Origin: Gemmatimonadales bacterium
GTDB taxonomy: Bacteria > Gemmatimonadota > Gemmatimonadetes > Gemmatimonadales > GWC2-71-9
NCBI GenBank assembly: GCA_025924275.1
Contig: JAICEH010000001.1
Span: forward strand, 1-31,190
Length of the DNA stretch: 31,190 bases
Direction: 5' to 3'
Below are positions 26,683 to 31,190 of the stretch, one piece after another. Made by a program: the position numbers and the translations under genes. A model generated the notes under the pieces. That model made no database searches and was not told the origin of the DNA. It was given only the letters and a program-made list of their open reading frames with translations. Numbering within the stretch: the stretch's first letter is position 1; each line of letters opens with the position of its first letter.

Positions 26683-28025
26683 CCCGGCTTCGCTTCCCCC
26701 ACCCCCTCGTCCTGCTCGTCGGCTGCGTCGTCCTCGCGGCCGCGCTCACGTGGGTCGTCCCGGCGGGCGAGTTCGCGCGCACCCAGGACGCCGCCAGCGG
26801 CCGCGAGGTGGTGGTCCCCGGCTCCTGGCGCTCCGTGCCCCCGGCGCCGGTCGGCCCGTTCGGCGCGCTGGTGGCCATCCCGCGCGGAATGGCCGACGCC
26901 GCCGAAGTCATCTTCCTGGTCTTCCTCGTGGGCGGCGGGTTCATGGTGGTGGAGGCCACCGGCGCCCTGGGCCCGCTGGTGGCGGCCCTCGCGCGGCGGC
27001 TCGCCCGCCGCGAGCTGCTGGTCATCCCCGCCTGCTCGCTCGCCTTCGGCCTGGGCGGCGTGCTGATCCAGATGCAGGAAGAGCTGGTCGCCTTCGCCCC
27101 GGTGCTCCTCCTCCTCACCCGCCGGCTCGGCCTCGATCGCGTCACGGCCGCCGCGATGAGCATCGGGGCCGCGGTCGTCGGCGCGGCCTTCAGCCCGATC
27201 GACCCGTTCCTGGTGGGCATCGCGCAGCAGGTGGCGGGCGTGCCGCTCCTCTCCGGCGCGGGGTTCCGCACGGCGGTGCTCCTGCCCGCGATGGCGCTCT
27301 GGATCGCCGGGACGATGCGCCACGCCGCGCGCCACCGGCCGGCGCCCGAGGCGGTGGAGGACGTCGCCGGCGCCGCCTCCGCCGGCTGGCGCCAGGCGGT
27401 GATCCTGGCGCTCGTCCTGGCGGCGTTCACCGCCTTCGTCGTCGGCGTCCTGCGCTGGGGCTGGGGCTTCAACGAGATGTCGGCGACCTTCCTCCTGATG
27501 GGCACCGCGGCGGGCCTCGTCGCCGGCCTCGGCCTCGGCGGCACGGCCGAGGCCTTCGTGACCGGCTTCCGCTCGATGGCCTACGCGGCCCTGCTGGTCG
27601 GCTTCGCGCGGGCCATCTTCGTCGTCCTCGGCGACGGCCACGTGGTGGATACCATCGTCCAGGGACTCTTCACCCCGCTGGCCCACCTGCCCGTGGCGGT
27701 CTCCGCGGTGGGGATGATGGCGATGCACGCGCTGCTCCACCTCCCGGTGCCGAGCACCAGCGGCCAGGCGGTGCTCACGATGCCGATCCTTGCCCCGCTG
27801 GCCGACCTGCTCGGGATGTCGCGCCAGGTGGCGATCCTGGCCTACCAGTACGGCGCCGGCCTGGCCGACACGGTGAACCCCACCAACGGCGCCCTGCTCG
27901 CCATGGTGGCGGCCCTCGGCGTACCCTTCGGGCGGTGGCTCCGATTTGCCATTCCATTGGCCGGCCTGCTGTTCGCCCTGGGCGCCGTGGCCATCCTGGC
28001 GGCCCTGGCAGTCGGGCTCGCCTGA
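26679..28025 (+). CDS. yfcC: YfcC / DcuC-like membrane transporter
   Basis: FPHPLVLL..LTWVVPAGEF, PVPSTSGQAVLTMPILAPLADLLGMSRQVAILAYQYGAG..PTNG. Confidence 0.92.
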   Translation: MTRLRFPHPLVLLVGCVVLAAALTWVVPAGEFARTQDAASGREVVVPGSWRSVPPAPVGPFGALVAIPRGMADAAEVIFLVFLVGGGFMVVEATGALGPLVAALARRLARRELLVIPACSLAFGLGGVLIQMQEELVAFAPVLLLLTRRLGLDRVTAAAMSIGAAVVGAAFSPIDPFLVGIAQQVAGVPLLSGAGFRTAVLLPAMALWIAGTMRHAARHRPAPEAVEDVAGAASAGWRQAVILALVLAAFTAFVVGVLRWGWGFNEMSATFLLMGTAAGLVAGLGLGGTAEAFVTGFRSMAYAALLVGFARAIFVVLGDGHVVDTIVQGLFTPLAHLPVAVSAVGMMAMHALLHLPVPSTSGQAVLTMPILAPLADLLGMSRQVAILAYQYGAGLADTVNPTNGALLAMVAALGVPFGRWLRFAIPLAGLLFALGAVAILAALAVGLA

Positions 28026-28140
28026 CCCTGCCCCGCCGGCGGGACAGCCTGCCCTCCCGGCGCGGCAGTCGGGGCGTTCCGCGCCGCGACGGCGGAAACC
28101 CGACCGGAGCGGTAAGCGTTTGTCCCGGCACGGGCAGGGT
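28026..28140. other. Long imperfect hairpin after the yfcC stop
   Basis: CCCTGCCC..GGGACA pairs with TGTCCC..GGGCAGGG; inner GTCGGG/CCCGAC and TTCCGC/GCGGAA stems. Confidence 0.5.
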
Positions 28141-28166
28141 GGGGTCGCCCCGGGGGGGTAGCGGGT

Positions 28167-28182
28167 TGGCACTCTTGTTGCT
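28167..28182 (+). promoter_or_regulatory. Sigma54 (RpoN) promoter TGGCAC-TCTTG-TTGCT
   Basis: Exact TGGCAC-N5-TTGCW consensus, 50 nt before the GNAT ATG, followed by a GGAGG SD. Confidence 0.8.
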
Positions 28183-28232
28183 ATTCCGGGAACCGTGAGT
28201 GGGGCCGGCCAGGCCGGTCCCAGGGAGGAACG

Positions 28233-28658
28233 ATGGAAGATCCGGTCATTCGCGAGGCGGAACAGGACGAGGAGTTTTCGGCCTGGTTCGACGACCTGCT
28301 CCGGGCCGAGGGCCTCGAGTCGGGCGAACCCGTCGCCGTGGACGACCATTGGCTGGTCCTGACCGACGAAATCGGCGACTGGATCGGCGGACTGCGTTAC
28401 ACCGAGCGGGGCGGCGTGGCACACATGCTGGCCCTGATGGTACACCCCGGCCGGCGGCACCAGGGACACGCCCACCGGCTGCTCGAGGCCTTCGAGCGGC
28501 ACGCGATCGACATCGGCGCCCACGTCCTCGAGTTCTGGATGCCCGAGGACGAGGCCGAAGGGCTCTTCACCGGGCTGGGGTGGCGCCGGGTGCTGGACCG
28601 GCCCAACTACATCGGTGGGCGGACCTGGCACCTCCTGGAGAAGCGCCTGGCCGACTGA
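28233..28658 (+). CDS. GNAT family N-acetyltransferase
   Basis: LMVHPGRRHQGHAHRLL acetyl-CoA motif; A..LF..LGW. Confidence 0.88.
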   Translation: MEDPVIREAEQDEEFSAWFDDLLRAEGLESGEPVAVDDHWLVLTDEIGDWIGGLRYTERGGVAHMLALMVHPGRRHQGHAHRLLEAFERHAIDIGAHVLEFWMPEDEAEGLFTGLGWRRVLDRPNYIGGRTWHLLEKRLAD

Positions 28659-28697
28659 CCCGGGCGCTCACGCCCGGCCGGTTCTTGCGTTACCTTG

Positions 28698-28728
28698 GCA
28701 GGGGGCCCCGGCTGGCGGGGCCCCCTGC
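28698..28728. other. Perfect 13-bp hairpin between the GNAT and desaturase genes
   Basis: GCAGGGGGCCCCG-gctgg-CGGGGCCCCCTGC; no U-tract. Confidence 0.7.
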
Positions 28729-28753
28729 AGGCGTTCCCCGACCAGGAGCCGCG

Positions 28754-29728
28754 ATGGGACTGACCGACGCCGCCCGCCAGTTGTTCGAGCGCATCGAGGT
28801 CCTCCGCGATCTCGAGGGCGTCGTGAGCGGGCTGATGGCCCGGCACGAGGAGAAGCGCGAGCTCTGGTTCCCCGAGGACCTGCTCGGCGCCCCCGCCGGG
28901 ACCGACCCCGACCGGCACGAGGATGAGCTTCGCGCCCGCGCCGCCGGCATCCCGGATCACGCGCGTGCGGCCCTGGCGCTCAACCTCCTCACCGAGGAGG
29001 GGCTGCCCCACTTCCACCGGGTCCTCGCCGTCCACCTCGGCCACGACAGCGTCTGGCGGGAATGGACCAACCTCTGGACCGCGGAGGAGGACCGGCACGG
29101 CGCCATCCTCTCCGCCTATGCCCGGACCACGCGCATCTTCGACCAGCGCCGGCTCGAGCAGCTCCAGTTCGAGTACCTGCGGCGTGGCTTCGACCCCCAG
29201 TGGGACCAGGACCCCTACCGGGTGTTCGTCTACACCACCCTCCAGGAGCGAGCCACCCAGCAGTCCCACGCGCAGACCGGCAAGGTCGTCGCGGAATACG
29301 AACCGCTGCTGGGCGAGGCCCTGAACCGGGTCGCCACCGAGGAGGCGCGCCACTTCACCTTCTACCGCACTGTCTTCGAGGAGGTCCTGCGGCGGGATCC
29401 CGACGGCGCGCTGCAGGCCGCTTCGCTGGTGATGCCGGCCATCGACATGCCGGCCGTGGCGATGCCCGGCTTCAAGGAGTTCGCCGAGGTGATCCGCCGG
29501 TCGGGGATCTACGGCCCGCGCGACTACCTCCGCATCGTGCAGGAGCAGATCCGCGCCTGGCGGGTCGAGACCCTCACCGGCCTGGGCGAGGCCGGCCGCC
29601 GCGCCCAGGAGCGGATCCTCGAGGTGCCCGACCGGCTCCGGCGCATCGCCGATCTGATGGAGACCCGGGCGCGGGCGCGCACCTTCCAGTTCGAGGTCGT
29701 CTTCAACCGTGAATTCGCGATGGAGTAG
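28754..29728 (+). CDS. Soluble di-iron acyl-ACP desaturase (FA_desaturase_2, DesA-like)
   Basis: LLTEEGLP, WTAEEDRHG (ExxH), YTTLQERAT, EEARH (ExxH), IDMPA; AGGAG SD. Confidence 0.92.
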   Translation: MGLTDAARQLFERIEVLRDLEGVVSGLMARHEEKRELWFPEDLLGAPAGTDPDRHEDELRARAAGIPDHARAALALNLLTEEGLPHFHRVLAVHLGHDSVWREWTNLWTAEEDRHGAILSAYARTTRIFDQRRLEQLQFEYLRRGFDPQWDQDPYRVFVYTTLQERATQQSHAQTGKVVAEYEPLLGEALNRVATEEARHFTFYRTVFEEVLRRDPDGALQAASLVMPAIDMPAVAMPGFKEFAEVIRRSGIYGPRDYLRIVQEQIRAWRVETLTGLGEAGRRAQERILEVPDRLRRIADLMETRARARTFQFEVVFNREFAME

Positions 29729-30167
29729 CGCGCTCCTCGCGCTCGGCCTGGCCGTCGCCTGCGGCGGCACGGAGTCGGGCGCGGGGGGCCGGGGGCGCGG
29801 TGCGCTGCCCCCCGGGGCCGTGGCCCGCGACACCGCCGACGCCGACGCCCGCCGCCTCGGAGCGGAGGGGCTGCGGGTGATGGACGACGTGATGGCCTAC
29901 GGCTCCACCCGGCGGCGCACCCCCGCGTCCCTGCGCGAGGCGGGCATCGACAGCCTCACCCCGACCACTGCCCGCTGGATCGAGGCCGTGGACGGCCGGG
30001 CGGTCGTGTGGGTGGCGTTCCGCGACGCCGCGGGCCACGCCATCGTCGCCTGCGGGGTGGACCGCCAGTCGATCGAGGACCGTTCGCTCGCCGACGGGAG
30101 CTACGCCGCGCGCTGCCGCACCGCGGACGGCACCGTCGGCGAGCGCCGGGTCACCGAGGACCCGTGA
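29709..30167 (+). CDS. Hypothetical lipoprotein
   Basis: [11 protein letters not shown] lipobox; GTG start 20 nt inside the desaturase end; stop coupled to yggT. Confidence 0.6.
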   Translation: MNSRWSSALLALGLAVACGGTESGAGGRGRGALPPGAVARDTADADARRLGAEGLRVMDDVMAYGSTRRRTPASLREAGIDSLTPTTARWIEAVDGRAVVWVAFRDAAGHAIVACGVDRQSIEDRSLADGSYAARCRTADGTVGERRVTEDP

Positions 30168-30736
30168 GCGCGGTGCTCGCAGGGCTGCGACTGGCGGTGG
30201 CCGTCGCGGCGGGCTTCACCGGCGTCGTGGCCCTCACGCACTGGGCGGTGCGGCGCGGCCACCTCGCGCCCTTCGGCCCCCTCCCCCGCGCCATCCGGGG
30301 CCTGAGCGACCCGCTGCTCCGCCCCGTCGAGCGCCGCCTCCTCGGCTCGGGCGGCAATCCCCAGCAGGCCCCGCTCTGGCTCTTCCTCGGCGTGCTCGGC
30401 GGTGGGCTCCTCCTCATCGCGGTGGCCGGCTGGCTGCTCGGCGCCCTCGAGCGGCTCTGGTGGGCCGCGGGGGCCGGGCCGTGGGCCCTGGTCTACGTGG
30501 TGGTGGAGACGGCGATCAACCTGCTCATCGCCGCCCTCCTCGTGCGGGTGGTGGGGTCGTGGTTCGGCGTGGGCCGCGCGACGCGGTGGATGCGCCCCTT
30601 CTACGGCCTCACCGACTGGCTCGTCGAACCGATCCGCAAGCGGATGCCGCCCACCGGGATGTTCGACTGGAGCCCGCTCGTCGCCTGGCTGCTCCTCGTC
30701 CTCGCCCGCGCCATCCTGGTCGGCAAGGTCCTCTGA
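30164..30736 (+). CDS. yggT: YggT family membrane protein (duplicated YggT domain)
   Basis: [13 protein letters not shown] and [25 protein letters not shown]. Confidence 0.9.
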   Translation: MSAVLAGLRLAVAVAAGFTGVVALTHWAVRRGHLAPFGPLPRAIRGLSDPLLRPVERRLLGSGGNPQQAPLWLFLGVLGGGLLLIAVAGWLLGALERLWWAAGAGPWALVYVVVETAINLLIAALLVRVVGSWFGVGRATRWMRPFYGLTDWLVEPIRKRMPPTGMFDWSPLVAWLLLVLARAILVGKVL

Positions 30737-31014
30737 TCGAAGCCGTCCCCGGCGGAGTCCGCCTCCACCTGCTGGTCCAGCCCCGCGCTTCCCGCACCGA
30801 GGTCACCGGCCCTCACGGCGGGCGGCTCCGCGTCCGGCTCGCCGCCCCACCGGTGGAGGGTGCGGCCAATGCCGAGCTGCTCGCCTTCCTGGCGAAGCGC
30901 CTCGGCGTGCCGCGGGCGGCGGTGACGATCGTGCGGGGCGCGTCCGGCCGGCGGAAGGTGGTGGAGGTGGCGGGTGTGGCGGTGGCGGCGGCGGCGGCGG
31001 CGCTGGAGGCGTGA
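30733..31014 (+). CDS. yggU: DUF167 / YggU family protein (probable CTG start)
   Basis: [43 protein letters not shown]; canonical yggT-yggU order. Confidence 0.9.
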   Translation: MIEAVPGGVRLHLLVQPRASRTEVTGPHGGRLRVRLAAPPVEGAANAELLAFLAKRLGVPRAAVTIVRGASGRRKVVEVAGVAVAAAAAALEA

Positions 31015-31069
31015 CTGGATGGCCGGAAGGCGGGTCCGCCCTCCCCCGTCCCGCCATCTGGCCATCCAG
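31015..31069. terminator. About 20-bp imperfect hairpin directly after the yggU stop, with degenerate 8-mer units
   Basis: CTGGATGGCC/GGCCATCCAG plus GGAAGGCGGG/CCCGCCATCT; no clear U-tract, so the terminator role is uncertain. Confidence 0.45.
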
Positions 31070-31190
31070 CCCGCACCCCGCTAGCCTTCCACGCACAACC
31101 GAGTTCCGTGGCGATTTGCGCTGATTGCGGCCACGTTAAACAAACCGCTAAAACGCCCGTGACCCAGCTTTCCCCCCATCCCGATCGCCC

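Noticed and set aside
28026-28140. Long hairpin as SRP RNA (ffs)
   Set aside because: Lacks the conserved CAGG...GNRA...AGCA domain IV motif.
30979-31002. (GGC)n run near the end of yggU, and the Gly8 codon run near 3868-3891
   Set aside because: In-frame poly-Ala and poly-Gly coding runs; trinucleotide slippage would not shift frame.
31095-31190. AT-enriched patch with TTGCGG-N18-TAAAAC
   Set aside because: Weak match and the downstream gene is outside the window, so it cannot be evaluated.

Overview
A very GC-rich, densely coding bacterial chromosomal window with about 40 genes, many joined by 1-11 nt stop/start overlaps. Gene content is reminiscent of Gemmatimonadota, but that is an unverified inference. 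I found no tRNA/rRNA, CRISPR array, integrase or transposase. Main blocks: (1) V4R-type protein + M24 peptidase, divergent from an ECF sigma / zinc anti-sigma pair with a candidate autoregulatory promoter; (2) a co-directional cluster of DUF92, an acidic lipoprotein, FAD oxidoreductase, flavin reductase, methyltransferase, SRPBCC cyclase and a lone FabF-type ketosynthase, which looks like a small aromatic-lipid/polyketide pathway; (3) aquaporin; (4) a minus-strand run STAS - receiver - ccmABCD; (5) acs, kup, a DsbA-like protein, OsmC, CDP-alcohol phosphotransferase, a SpeD-like protein lacking its catalytic Ser, ABC/TPR genes, pruA, an orphan WtpA-like protein, cutA-yfcC, GNAT, acyl-ACP desaturase, yggT/yggU. 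The strongest non-coding signal is upstream of the STAS gene on the minus strand: a sigma54-type promoter followed by a GEMM-I (c-di-GMP-I class) riboswitch carrying A at position 20, the variant associated with 3',3'-cGAMP sensing. Five intergenic regions carry inverted arrays of 7-8 nt tandem repeats. All calls are by eye; no database searches were run.
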